Of a DNA stretch of 44,024 nt, positions 35,436-44,024 are shown in pieces. A model generated the notes under the pieces. It was not told where the DNA came from, ran no database searches, and worked only from the letters and a program-made list of their open reading frames with translations. The stretch lies in IMG/VR virus record IMGVR_UViG_3300045988_137191; one strand, given 5' to 3'. Position 1 is the stretch's first letter, and each line of letters begins with the position of its first letter. Both the position numbers and the translations under genes were made by a program. The DNA comes from a virus.

Positions 35436-36647
35436 ATGCGGTATTCTAACAGATATAAGTTCCAGAACTGGAGAATCGACTCCGATGGTATGCTTAGGGT
35501 TACGGCTAGAGTTTTGGCTGATGGGGTTTTTCCCTATCTCAAAGCCGAGTCGCCTGATGATGCCAAGGAAAACACTGAAGGGCTCGTGGGGCAGTACATC
35601 CCCGTAAAAGAGTTCACTGATGAAGCTCTCCAGTCATTGGAAGGCAAGCCTGTTATCGTCGAAGATCATGTGTGGAGAACGCCTGAGAACACGACTAAAG
35701 ACGGGCTTACCGTTGGTTCGGTAGCAGGGACTCCCCGAGTCGAAGGCGGCTACGTTGTCACTGACCTTCTCATCACCGACAAAGAAGCGATTGAGAAGAT
35801 CAAGAGTGGCGAACTGGTTGAAATTTCGTCTGCCTACGACGGGGATTGTTATTCCAAGGAAGGGGTTTACAAGGGCAAGCCTTTTGGGGCAGTCCAGACC
35901 AATCTGAGGTTTAACCATGTTCTCTTGCTCCCTGAAGGTGCAGGTCGGTGCGGACCAAACGTCCGTATTGTTAATCATAAACAAACAAAGGAGAAGGGAA
36001 TGAAAGTCCTTCAGAGACAGTACGGAAACCGTCGTGTCGACTACAAGTTCAATAACGAGGACGACGCGGCCGAAGCTGAAAAGATGGTTGAAGATCAGAA
36101 GACCTTCAACGCTGATGCGCTCGCGGAAGCGGTGGAAAAAGCCCAAAGCATCAAGGCTCAGCTTGACGACCTCCAAAGCCAGTACGATGCGGCAATGGCG
36201 ACCATCGAGGAGCAGAAGGCCACTATCGACGACCTTATGAGCGCGGAAACCCAGGAAGCTATGGCGCAGGAAGCCGCCGCTCAGACTGAAGCCGAAGACG
36301 CCATTCTCGACGACGCTATCGAAAACGAAGTGATCGAAGAGAAGGAAAAGGAAGAAGTCAAGAACGAGTGCGCTAAGGCGAAGACCTTTGCCAACCGCCG
36401 CAAGATCATTGTGCAGAACGCCATGAGCGTCCCTGCCGAAGATCTCTCCAAGTGGACTCAGGACGCCATTGACGGCGCGTTCGAATCCCTTGCTCGTCAG
36501 GCTGAAATCCGGCAGAAGCGCGCCAACAAGCGTGTCATGGGCGGCACCACTGCTCAGATCAACAACAGCAAAGCGCAGGGCTCTCTGGACAGAATTCTCC
36601 GTCCCATGCGCCTCAAAAATGCTCGTCGCAAGGGCGAGAAGGAGTAA
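35436..36647 (+). CDS. Prohead protease / scaffold protein (Mu I-like)
   Basis: 403 aa. The N-terminal domain is followed by an acidic coiled-coil C-terminal half typical of scaffold proteins. It sits upstream of the capsid gene. Confidence 0.5.
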   Translation: MRYSNRYKFQNWRIDSDGMLRVTARVLADGVFPYLKAESPDDAKENTEGLVGQYIPVKEFTDEALQSLEGKPVIVEDHVWRTPENTTKDGLTVGSVAGTPRVEGGYVVTDLLITDKEAIEKIKSGELVEISSAYDGDCYSKEGVYKGKPFGAVQTNLRFNHVLLLPEGAGRCGPNVRIVNHKQTKEKGMKVLQRQYGNRRVDYKFNNEDDAAEAEKMVEDQKTFNADALAEAVEKAQSIKAQLDDLQSQYDAAMATIEEQKATIDDLMSAETQEAMAQEAAAQTEAEDAILDDAIENEVIEEKEKEEVKNECAKAKTFANRRKIIVQNAMSVPAEDLSKWTQDAIDGAFESLARQAEIRQKRANKRVMGGTTAQINNSKAQGSLDRILRPMRLKNARRKGEKE

Positions 36648-36650
36648 GCA

Positions 36651-37616
36651 ATGGTTTACACTCCTCAGAAGGGCTTCGCTCAGTTCCAGTACTTTGATCA
36701 GCAAGCGACTGCGCTCGCGGGCATGCTCGCCAACGCCTCGGACATCAATCTGGTTGATAGCGCGTTTGTCGGCCCTGTGGACGTCACCGTCGGTCTTACG
36801 GCTGGTATCGGCGTCATGGTTAATCCGACCGTTCGCAGCAACCGTCCCGGCCTCAACTATGACATCGTGATGCCTCCGGACAGTGCCGCTACCGACGAGG
36901 CCTTCGCTGGCATCGTGGTTCGCAACCAGTTCATGCGCACCAACTCCAACGGCGAAGCGTGCTACTTCTTTGAAGACATGGCGAACTACGCTCGTCGTGA
37001 CCGCGCCGGGGCTCGCATTTGGGTTCAGCTTGCGCAGGGTTCCACTGTGTTTGGTGGCCCGGTATACTGGATCGTTCGCGATACCAAAAATGCTGGCCTG
37101 AAAATCGGCGCGTTCTCTGCCGCTCCCATCACTGGCACGGCTACGCCTACCCCCGGCTCCCTGAACGGCGGCACCCTGTCTGTGAATGGCGTTAAGGCCG
37201 TCACCAACGGCGGCTTTGAAATCACTGTTGCCAGCACGCTCCACAAGGTTGCGGCTCTGGACTTCAGCTCGGTCAATACCGTGAGCGACGTTGCTACCAT
37301 TCTTCAGGCCGCTATCACCACGGCCTCTGTGCCTGTCACCGTCAAAGCGGTCGGCAACGGCGTTGTGCTTACTACGACCGCCACTGGCGCGTCTGCCACC
37401 ATCACGTTCGCGTCTGCTCCTACGACTGCGGATACCACGGATACCACGGACGCTTCGGCTATCCTTGGTCTCACTTCCGCCGCCGGAGCCACTGTCACGG
37501 CGGGCTCGGCTGGCACCAGCGAAGACACTGTGCTTCTTACCGGAGCGCGTTTCCTCGGGACGTTCACCGCAGGAGAAGCTCCCTGCAACAACATCGCTCT
37601 CGTTGAGCTTCTCTAA
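36651..37616 (+). CDS. Head-associated (decoration-like) protein carrying one copy of a surface repeat domain that is also present in the sheath
   Basis: 321 aa. The N-terminal domain is followed by a Thr/Ala-rich domain (NGGFEITVAS...ILGLTSAAGATV) resembling the repeats in 40948..43164. Confidence 0.45.
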   Translation: MVYTPQKGFAQFQYFDQQATALAGMLANASDINLVDSAFVGPVDVTVGLTAGIGVMVNPTVRSNRPGLNYDIVMPPDSAATDEAFAGIVVRNQFMRTNSNGEACYFFEDMANYARRDRAGARIWVQLAQGSTVFGGPVYWIVRDTKNAGLKIGAFSAAPITGTATPTPGSLNGGTLSVNGVKAVTNGGFEITVASTLHKVAALDFSSVNTVSDVATILQAAITTASVPVTVKAVGNGVVLTTTATGASATITFASAPTTADTTDTTDASAILGLTSAAGATVTAGSAGTSEDTVLLTGARFLGTFTAGEAPCNNIALVELL

Positions 37617-37627
37617 GGAGATGAAGA

Positions 37628-38644
37628 ATGAGCCTGAAAAGATTCAATAACGCTGCTCCTACCAGCGGCGCGGCGTGCAACGTCACTGCCGCCGATATTG
37701 CGTTTGAGCTTACCACCCAACTGGACAGCCAGTTCTATGACGTCCTGTATCCTGACCGTGAATGGTACAACATCGTTCTCGAAGAGCAGATCTACAGCGA
37801 CATCAATCCCGGCGCAACGTCTTATGCCTACATGAGCCGCAACCGCCACGGCGCGGCGGCCTTTATCGGCCACGGCCCGAACAACGACATCCCGATGGTC
37901 GGTCAGTCCATGGGTGCCGTTCAGGTGCCTATCGCCTATGCCGCTGTTGGCGCGGAAGTTACCAACGAAGATGCCCGCCAGTACAGCTTCGGCGTGAACG
38001 GCAATCTGGCTCAGGATCTTGGTGGTGCCATGCGCGAAGCGTGTGACAACCTGATGGAACTGAGCATCATCTTCGGTACTCCCGACCTTGGCTTCAACGG
38101 CTGGATCGACTATCCCGGCCTGACGGTCATGACTCCGGAAGCCTCTTCCGCTGTCCCGTCCTCTACCAAATGGGAAGACAAGAACGGCGTTGAAATCGTT
38201 CGCGATATCAACTCGGCTCTTAATTTCTTGTGGCAGAATAGCCGCACGATCTTCAAGCCGACCACCATCTTCCTTCCCCTGAAGCAGTTCGCTCAGATCA
38301 CCAACATGCCTATGGTTATCGGCGCGACGAGCTCCTCCAGCGGCACTGGCATCGCCGTAAACGTGATCGACTACGTTGTTACCAACAACGTCATGTATCG
38401 CGTTACCGGGCGGGAACTGGAAATCATTCCCTCTCGTTACCTTGAAGGCGCTGGCGCAGGTGGTTCTGACCGCATGGTCATCATGGATCGCCGCAAGGAG
38501 AACCAGATCCTGCCCTTCCCCCTGCCGTATCAGCTCAGCGAGCCCCAGCCGAAGCCTCTCGCTGTTGCATGGTACGCCGAAAACAAGTTCGGCTCCTACC
38601 ATGTTCGTCAGCAGGGCTCCATGGCTTACGTGGACGGCATCTAA
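37628..38644 (+). CDS. Major capsid protein (Mu gpT-like, HK97 fold)
   Basis: 338 aa. It sits directly after the protease/scaffold and decoration genes, and a hairpin follows it. Confidence 0.7.
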   Translation: MSLKRFNNAAPTSGAACNVTAADIAFELTTQLDSQFYDVLYPDREWYNIVLEEQIYSDINPGATSYAYMSRNRHGAAAFIGHGPNNDIPMVGQSMGAVQVPIAYAAVGAEVTNEDARQYSFGVNGNLAQDLGGAMREACDNLMELSIIFGTPDLGFNGWIDYPGLTVMTPEASSAVPSSTKWEDKNGVEIVRDINSALNFLWQNSRTIFKPTTIFLPLKQFAQITNMPMVIGATSSSSGTGIAVNVIDYVVTNNVMYRVTGRELEIIPSRYLEGAGAGGSDRMVIMDRRKENQILPFPLPYQLSEPQPKPLAVAWYAENKFGSYHVRQQGSMAYVDGI

Positions 38645-38694
38645 ACCATCAAGGGCTCCTAGGCGACTGGGAGCCCTTCTCCAAAGGAGACGCA

Positions 38695-39012
38695 ATGATT
38701 ATCGGCAATCGCTCTGAAACCCCTCGTACCATCTGCATCCGAGAAAAGCACTACCTGATCCCGCCTATGGGTTTTGTGACCCTTCCGGATGATAACAGCA
38801 CGACCGAAGCTCTTGAAGCCCTCAAGAAGGTTGAAACCGTCAAGAAGCTGATGGACATGGGCGTGTTGGTGTTTGGGGAAAAGGTCAATCCTTATGCGGC
38901 ACCTGCCAAGGTGAAAGGGCCTCAGCCCCCTGCTGAACTGCTCGCCGAACCCCAGAACGAAAAGGTTTCCAGAGGGAAGCCTAGAAAGACCAAGGAAACA
39001 ATGCAGGTGTGA
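38695..39012 (+). CDS. Hypothetical head/neck protein
   Basis: 105 aa counted from the ATG at 38695, which has an AAGGAG ribosome-binding site. Confidence 0.4.
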   Translation: MIIGNRSETPRTICIREKHYLIPPMGFVTLPDDNSTTEALEALKKVETVKKLMDMGVLVFGEKVNPYAAPAKVKGPQPPAELLAEPQNEKVSRGKPRKTKETMQV

Positions 39013-39536
39013 CCATGAACTGTTCTAAGAAGCCTATCCCAATGGACGGGATGGTAACATGCGTTGACGGTGAGTTGACGTTTGTAGACGAAAAGTTCTT
39101 GGAGTTCTATCCGGAGTTTTCTCGTGTTCCGTCCATGTCAGTCAATACGTCGGGTACAACGAGTGTAGCTATTTTGCGTGAATGTTCGTTCGGCCCTATG
39201 TTCCAGTTGGCTGTAGGGCTTCTTACAGCGCATCGCTTGGCTACCTTGTATGACCTTGGTGAGGTGTATACCGAGGGAGGGATGAAGGATCAAAGCTCCT
39301 CTGAAGTGGGAACTAACATTTCAGCCGCCACTGGTTCTCTCTCCCAAGGTTCCGCTCCTCTGTCGTTGGTGATGGGAGACGATCCTTTCACAGTCGACTT
39401 AGCGGGAACCAAATACGGACTCCAACTGCTCGCGCTCATCAGCACTTGGATACCAGCCGCTGATATTGTTGGCGGCAGACCAATTGGTCGCTTCTTGTAC
39501 TCATTGCAATGGCCTCCTGTGAACGCAGGGTACTGA
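39009..39536 (+). CDS. Putative head-tail connector protein
   Basis: 175 aa. An ATGA overlap joins it to the upstream gene, and it sits between the capsid gene and the tail genes. Confidence 0.4.
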   Translation: MTMNCSKKPIPMDGMVTCVDGELTFVDEKFLEFYPEFSRVPSMSVNTSGTTSVAILRECSFGPMFQLAVGLLTAHRLATLYDLGEVYTEGGMKDQSSSEVGTNISAATGSLSQGSAPLSLVMGDDPFTVDLAGTKYGLQLLALISTWIPAADIVGGRPIGRFLYSLQWPPVNAGY

Positions 39537-39537
39537 T

Positions 39538-40032
39538 ATGAAAACGATCCTGAAGTTGAAACGACAGCCTGTCCAGACTATGGAAGCCCTCCGTAAGATC
39601 AAGTCTGCTTTAAAGTACGCGGATAAGAAGGAGGTTGCAGTGGGCTATCCCGTAGACGCTTCGGGACTTGGGGTTCCTGAACCCAACTATGACGATGAAG
39701 CCTCGATCATTGAAGTCGCGTTGAAGAACAACTACGGGTTAGGTGTTCCCAGACGCGCATTCATGGACTTGGCTTCTCAATACATGAAAAAGACGTACAA
39801 AGAAGTAATGGAAGAGCTAGGGCCTAAACTTCTGAGCGGAGATGCGACGTTGGAAAAGGTTCTAGAGGTTGCCGGACTAGCCGCCGCTGAAGACGTACGA
39901 AAGGCCCTTACGGAAGGCGAATGGCAACCTAACTCCAAGGCCACTATTGAGAGGAAGGGATCTGACGTTCCTCTCATAGACACTATGACGATGCATAATA
40001 GGGCAACTCACATGGTGAGGGATAAGTCATGA
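39538..40032 (+). CDS. Putative virion morphogenesis / neck protein
   Basis: 164 aa, in a conserved position. Confidence 0.4.
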   Translation: MKTILKLKRQPVQTMEALRKIKSALKYADKKEVAVGYPVDASGLGVPEPNYDDEASIIEVALKNNYGLGVPRRAFMDLASQYMKKTYKEVMEELGPKLLSGDATLEKVLEVAGLAAAEDVRKALTEGEWQPNSKATIERKGSDVPLIDTMTMHNRATHMVRDKS

Positions 40033-40406
40033 CAGCGATACCTATGAATTTCGACAAGGTCACGCGAGCCTTCTCCAAAGTTGTTCAGGTTGTTCATTGT
40101 GTCGGAAAGCACGTGGACGGGGTATGGGAAGAAGAGCAGATTGGAGAGCCTGAACCGCTTAGGGCAATCGTGTTAGCCCTTACTATAGAGCAGCTTGAAT
40201 TCTATTCCGACGGAAACTCCTCGTCTGGCGGCATCTCCGTTACAACGGACAAGGAGCTGTTCTATTCTGATGTAAACGAGGAAGGACTGGAACACCGTCA
40301 AGATTACGTGCTGTACAAGGGGTTCAAGTTCAAGGTCAGGGGAACAGGGTTCATGATGGGGAATACCAATAAGCATATCTACCACTGCGTAAGGTACTTC
40401 ACATGA
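40029..40406 (+). CDS. Putative neck / tail completion protein
   Basis: 125 aa, with overlapping stop and start codons. Confidence 0.4.
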   Translation: MTAIPMNFDKVTRAFSKVVQVVHCVGKHVDGVWEEEQIGEPEPLRAIVLALTIEQLEFYSDGNSSSGGISVTTDKELFYSDVNEEGLEHRQDYVLYKGFKFKVRGTGFMMGNTNKHIYHCVRYFT

Positions 40407-40957
40407 GCGATGTTATTCAACTCACTCCTCAAATGGTCAATGTCCTTCTTAAGGACTACTTTGACTCGTTCTTTGGATGGGATCCTGAACCCAACAGAGT
40501 TCTTGTTGAAACTCAGGCAGGAACGAGACCGCCAAAGGGATTGTACATCACCTTGTGGTGGAGAAATATCGAGGTCATGCGTCAGGATCCAGGAGGAACA
40601 TTCTCATGTTCTCCTGATACTGGCCCGATTGAGAGCCTGATAAACCTTTCCCTGTGCGAAGTGCAGGTGACTTTTAGAGGGCCTAACGCACTTGAAAGTG
40701 CGGTAAACGCTCGCTTGTCATTGGGCTCTTCAGCAAGGGCTTTTGATCTATGGAAGCTTCTTGGCTATTCGGGTACGAGTGGAATACAAGACCTAAGTGC
40801 CTATTACAATGGTGCAATTCAGCCTAGAAGCTACTTCAACTTTTATTTTTATGCCCTCTTCAACAGAGAGTATCCAGCAGACTACTTCGATAAGTCGAAG
40901 TGGGATGTTAATGGCATTGAAATCACAATCCCTGGAGAGAAGCCGGTATGCCCGTAG
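40403..40957 (+). CDS. Putative tail terminator / sheath-stabilising protein
   Basis: 184 aa, immediately upstream of the sheath gene. Confidence 0.4.
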   Translation: MSDVIQLTPQMVNVLLKDYFDSFFGWDPEPNRVLVETQAGTRPPKGLYITLWWRNIEVMRQDPGGTFSCSPDTGPIESLINLSLCEVQVTFRGPNALESAVNARLSLGSSARAFDLWKLLGYSGTSGIQDLSAYYNGAIQPRSYFNFYFYALFNREYPADYFDKSKWDVNGIEITIPGEKPVCP

Positions 40958-43164
40958 TCAGTTGCGCTAAGACGAGTTTGCCTCGTTCCCTTGACGTTCC
41001 TGTGTCCCTGTCTCGTTCTGTCGCCGAAACTGCGACGGATATGACCATGATGTGTTTTGTTACTCCCGGTGTGGCGTTCCCTCCCGGCAACGACAGAGTG
41101 CAGTTCTTTTCCACCTTTGACGCTGTGCAAGGCGCGGTTCCCGAGAACTCTGAGGCCATTTTCGCGGCTCAGGCGTTCTTCAACCGTTCTGACCGTCCTC
41201 AGACCATGTGCATCGGTCGTGTATTTACTGAGCCGACCAACGGTACTCTCGTGTCTGGCCCTATTACGCTGAGCAACCTTGCCAGTGTTCAGAACGGCGG
41301 TTTCACTATCAGCGTGGGCGACGCCTCCTACACCGTCGCTAACCTTACCTTTGGCCTGAACCCGACAATGGCTGACGTGACCCGTCAGTTGAATACCCAG
41401 ATGTCGGCTTTCGCCAATACTGTTGCCAATGCTGACGGTGAAAGCCTTACCATCACCACCAAAACCGTTGGTGACGGTTCTGACATCAGCTACGCGGGAA
41501 CTCCAACCGAGTTCACTGATGTGAGCACGCTTCTCAAGCTCACTTCCACCACGGGAGCGTCCATTGAGAACGGGGAAGAAACCACTGAAAATTCCCCCGC
41601 CAAACTGGTTTCGGGAGCTATTACCGATCTCTCTGGTCTCGAAAACCTTACCGACGGGTCTTTCGATATCAAAGTGGACGGAGCCAAAGTGCAGGTTCGT
41701 GATGTGACGACCGGGGCTTCTGTGACCCTTGCGTCCCTTGCAACCGCGCTCAACTCCAAGATGACTGGCAAGGCTACGTTCACGGTGGACGCGGCTAACA
41801 ACCATCTCGTTCTCATGACCGCCAGCACTGGTACGGCTTCCGAGCTTGCGTATGCTGTGACTGCCTCCCCTGCCGCCGGAACGGACATTTCAGCCCTGCT
41901 CAAGCTGACTCAGTCTACGGCTACCTCCCTTACTCAGGGAACCTCAACGAACGTGGAGCACCCTGCTGAACTCACCTCTGGTGAGATCGCCTTGGCTGAT
42001 CTGTACAACGTAACGGACGGAGCCATGACCCTCGTCATGAACGGGGCAATGGTTAACCTGTACGGCCTCAACTTCGCCACCTATGGGAACAACCTGACGC
42101 TCAATGAAGTGGTTCAGATCCTTACGGCGGCTATCGGCTCCAACGGCCTTGTGGAAGTGAGCGGTCAGTCTATCGTGATCTCCACGAACCAGAAGGGCGA
42201 AGGCGTAACGATTGGCTACGCGTCCTCTGCTTCGTCTATCACCGACCTGTCCGCAATTCTGGCTCTTACCAAGAGCACGGCGGCTTCTCGTATCGATGGT
42301 TACACTCCGGGTGGCCTCGTTTCTGAAGTGGCTCTCATTCAGACCGCCGCTCGTTGCGCGGGTCGCAGCGTGTTCGCATGGACGTTGGATCGGCAGTATC
42401 GTGATACGCAGGATCAGAAGGATTTCGCTGACTGGGCAGAAGCTCAGGATCAGGCGTACTTCTCTGCCTGCACCAACAGCGTTCAGGCGTACAATACTGC
42501 GGACACGACCAACATCGGGTTCTATGCTTACAACAAGGGATACATCAAGACTTCGGTTATGTATCACAACAATCCGCAGGTGTATCCGGACGTGTCCTAC
42601 GCGGCCTTGGCTCTGTCGGTCAACTACGCGCTGGATAACTCCACACTGACCATGAAGTTCAAGCAGCTCACCGGGATTGAAACTGTTCCGCTCACGGAAA
42701 CTCAGCTTTCTTCCCTTAAGGCTCGCCGCATCAACACCTACGTGTCCATGGGCAACTCTTCCTCTGTCGTGCGTGAAGGCGTGCAGTCGGCTGATTCGTG
42801 GTTCACGGACAGCCATGTGAACCTCTCCAACTACAAGGAAGAGCTTCAGGTTGAAGTGTTCAACGTGTTCATGCGCAACAAGAAGGTGAAGTACACCTCC
42901 GCCGGACAGGATCTTCTTGTTTCTGCCGCCGCGAAGATCAACAACCGTTACATTCGCAACGGCACCTTCGCTGATCGTGAAGAGGAAACGACCGATAACG
43001 AAACGGGTTACACGACCCTTCCGGCATGCACGATTACTCCGGCTCCGATCTACAGCGCAACGACTTCCGAGCGGGCAAATCGTGTTGCTCCCCCTATCGC
43101 TATTGTGGCGTATGAAGCAGGAGCCTTCCACTCCGTCGCGATTGACGTCACTGTTTATAACTAA
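40948..43164 (+). CDS. Tail sheath protein with three tandem repeat domains of about 115 aa inserted in its N-terminal half
   Basis: 738 aa. It is followed by the tube, chaperone and tape measure genes. The repeats (41230-42270) begin with motifs like TDLSGLENLTDGSFDIKVDG and end with SALLKLTQSTA. Confidence 0.65.
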   Translation: MPVVSCAKTSLPRSLDVPVSLSRSVAETATDMTMMCFVTPGVAFPPGNDRVQFFSTFDAVQGAVPENSEAIFAAQAFFNRSDRPQTMCIGRVFTEPTNGTLVSGPITLSNLASVQNGGFTISVGDASYTVANLTFGLNPTMADVTRQLNTQMSAFANTVANADGESLTITTKTVGDGSDISYAGTPTEFTDVSTLLKLTSTTGASIENGEETTENSPAKLVSGAITDLSGLENLTDGSFDIKVDGAKVQVRDVTTGASVTLASLATALNSKMTGKATFTVDAANNHLVLMTASTGTASELAYAVTASPAAGTDISALLKLTQSTATSLTQGTSTNVEHPAELTSGEIALADLYNVTDGAMTLVMNGAMVNLYGLNFATYGNNLTLNEVVQILTAAIGSNGLVEVSGQSIVISTNQKGEGVTIGYASSASSITDLSAILALTKSTAASRIDGYTPGGLVSEVALIQTAARCAGRSVFAWTLDRQYRDTQDQKDFADWAEAQDQAYFSACTNSVQAYNTADTTNIGFYAYNKGYIKTSVMYHNNPQVYPDVSYAALALSVNYALDNSTLTMKFKQLTGIETVPLTETQLSSLKARRINTYVSMGNSSSVVREGVQSADSWFTDSHVNLSNYKEELQVEVFNVFMRNKKVKYTSAGQDLLVSAAAKINNRYIRNGTFADREEETTDNETGYTTLPACTITPAPIYSATTSERANRVAPPIAIVAYEAGAFHSVAIDVTVYN

Positions 43165-43176
43165 GGAGAAACAGGA

Positions 43177-43596
43177 ATGCGTAACCTTTATAATCAGGCA
43201 TCCACGAGTATCATCGTGGATGGCAACCAGATCTACGACCTGTTTGAAGGTGCTACCATCACGTACACCTTTGACGGCGGCGAAGTCGCCAAAACGCAAG
43301 GCACTGACGGCGCGGGTATCAATATTGCCACCAATCAGGGCTCTACCCTTCAGTTCACCCTGAAGGAAATTTCCCGTTCCATTGGCTTCCTGAATAATCT
43401 TCGCTTGCGGCAGGAAAACGGCGGCCTTGGTGTTACCGTTGTGGTCAGAACCGGAGCCAACATCCTGCTTACCATGACCAATGCCTACATAAGCCGTCCC
43501 GGTCAGCTTGCCACTGGCGACAAGCAGATGGCCGGATTGCAGTTCACCTTGACCACGGCTGAAGACGACATCACCAACCTGACTGTGGAGCGGTAA
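43177..43596 (+). CDS. Tail tube protein
   Basis: 139 aa, between the sheath and chaperone genes. Confidence 0.6.
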   Translation: MRNLYNQASTSIIVDGNQIYDLFEGATITYTFDGGEVAKTQGTDGAGINIATNQGSTLQFTLKEISRSIGFLNNLRLRQENGGLGVTVVVRTGANILLTMTNAYISRPGQLATGDKQMAGLQFTLTTAEDDITNLTVER

Positions 43597-44007
43597 ATGA
43601 GAGACCTCAAGTCGGGAATGGGTGAGTTCAAGGTGAACGGTAGAACGTATAAGTTCGACCTCCTGCCTCCCATGGAAGCAATTGACTTTGGGAGCCGTGT
43701 TCTTAAGGCCGCTGGCGGAGCCCTCGTCTCCATTTGCGGTGAAGGTGAAGTGCACTACGACGCCATTGCCAAGGCTCTCAGCGTCGTTGAAGCGTCGGAA
43801 CTCAGTGCGCTCATGAAGGAAGCCCTCAAGCGTTCGTATACGCCTGAGCAGGAACCCCTAAGCAACGAAGCTGTGTTCCATTCTTGGTTCAACCAAAACC
43901 CTCAAGACCTCTTTGTTGCGGGAGCGTTGGCTGTCTTTGAACAGGTGAGGGATTTTTTTCCCTCTGGGCTGAGTACAGCCGTACGAAACTCCACCCCGCA
44001 ACGGTAG
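43597..44007 (+). CDS. Tail assembly chaperone (gpG-like); the 0-frame product ends at TAG 44005-44007
   Basis: 136 aa. An ATGA overlap joins it to the tube gene. The slippery TTTTTTT run lies at 43953-43959, and the -1 frame continues across the junction. Confidence 0.55.
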   Translation: MRDLKSGMGEFKVNGRTYKFDLLPPMEAIDFGSRVLKAAGGALVSICGEGEVHYDAIAKALSVVEASELSALMKEALKRSYTPEQEPLSNEAVFHSWFNQNPQDLFVAGALAVFEQVRDFFPSGLSTAVRNSTPQR

Positions 44008-44024
44008 GTATAAGCGTTCCAGTA
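43952..44024. repeat. Second copy of the 73-bp terminal direct repeat
   Basis: Identical to bases 1-73. Confidence 0.9.

Noticed and set aside
35634-37244. A long antisense ORF of 536 aa opposite the protease/scaffold and decoration genes. Similar antisense ORFs lie at 37613..38695 (360 aa) and 41944..43755 (603 aa), opposite the capsid and sheath genes.
   Set aside because: They lie antisense to well-supported structural genes in GC-rich, Ala/Gly/Thr-rich regions where stop codons are rare. The proteins are low-complexity, with no motifs and no ribosome-binding sites.
1-44024. CRISPR arrays, tRNA genes, Mu-type transposase genes A and B, or an integrase and repressor lysogeny module.
   Set aside because: I found no regularly spaced repeat-spacer array, no tRNA-like sequence, and no ORF with transposase, integrase or CI-like features. 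The genome looks virulent.

Overview
The window holds one complete phage genome unit of about 43,951 bp; its first 73 bases are repeated exactly at the end, so the contig closes on itself. The phage appears to be a virulent, mosaic myovirus, and no integrase, repressor, transposase, tRNA or CRISPR array was recognised. One arm is a Mu/P2-like late (structural) operon on the + strand (28.4 kb onwards, wrapping through the window end to about 9.0 kb). It runs from a possible small terminase through an amidase endolysin, a lipoprotein, a holin, the large terminase, a Mu-like portal, a Mu F-like head protein and a free-standing ADP-ribosyltransferase-like protein. It continues through a protease/scaffold protein, a head protein with surface repeats, the major capsid protein and neck proteins, then a tail sheath carrying three repeat insertions and the tail tube. 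It ends with a tail chaperone with a -1 frameshift extension, the tape measure protein, baseplate proteins (V, W, J, I), a tail fiber and a tail-fiber assembly protein. The other arm is a roughly 17 kb leftward early operon (26.2 kb down to 9.4 kb). It encodes a T7-like family A DNA polymerase, an AEP primase-polymerase, UvrD-like and SNF2-like helicases, a PD-(D/E)XK exonuclease, a VRR-NUC nuclease and an ATP-dependent DNA ligase. It also carries what looks like a DNA base-modification module. That module is a thymidylate-synthase-family enzyme with an Asp at the cytosine-specificity position, fused to a dCMP deaminase domain. It is accompanied by a YfbR-like HD-domain 5'-deoxynucleotidase, a protein with a DxD motif that may be a glycosyltransferase, an unknown 315-aa protein, and a genuine bacterioferritin homolog. 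The two arms diverge from a 1.27 kb non-coding control region that carries three copies of one promoter motif (two rightward, one leftward). The region also carries GC-rich structured segments and short direct repeats. The most interesting candidates are the cytosine-type hydroxymethylase/methylase-deaminase fusion with its accessory cluster (a possible DNA hypermodification pathway), the phage bacterioferritin, and the free-standing ADP-ribosyltransferase next to the Mu F-like gene.
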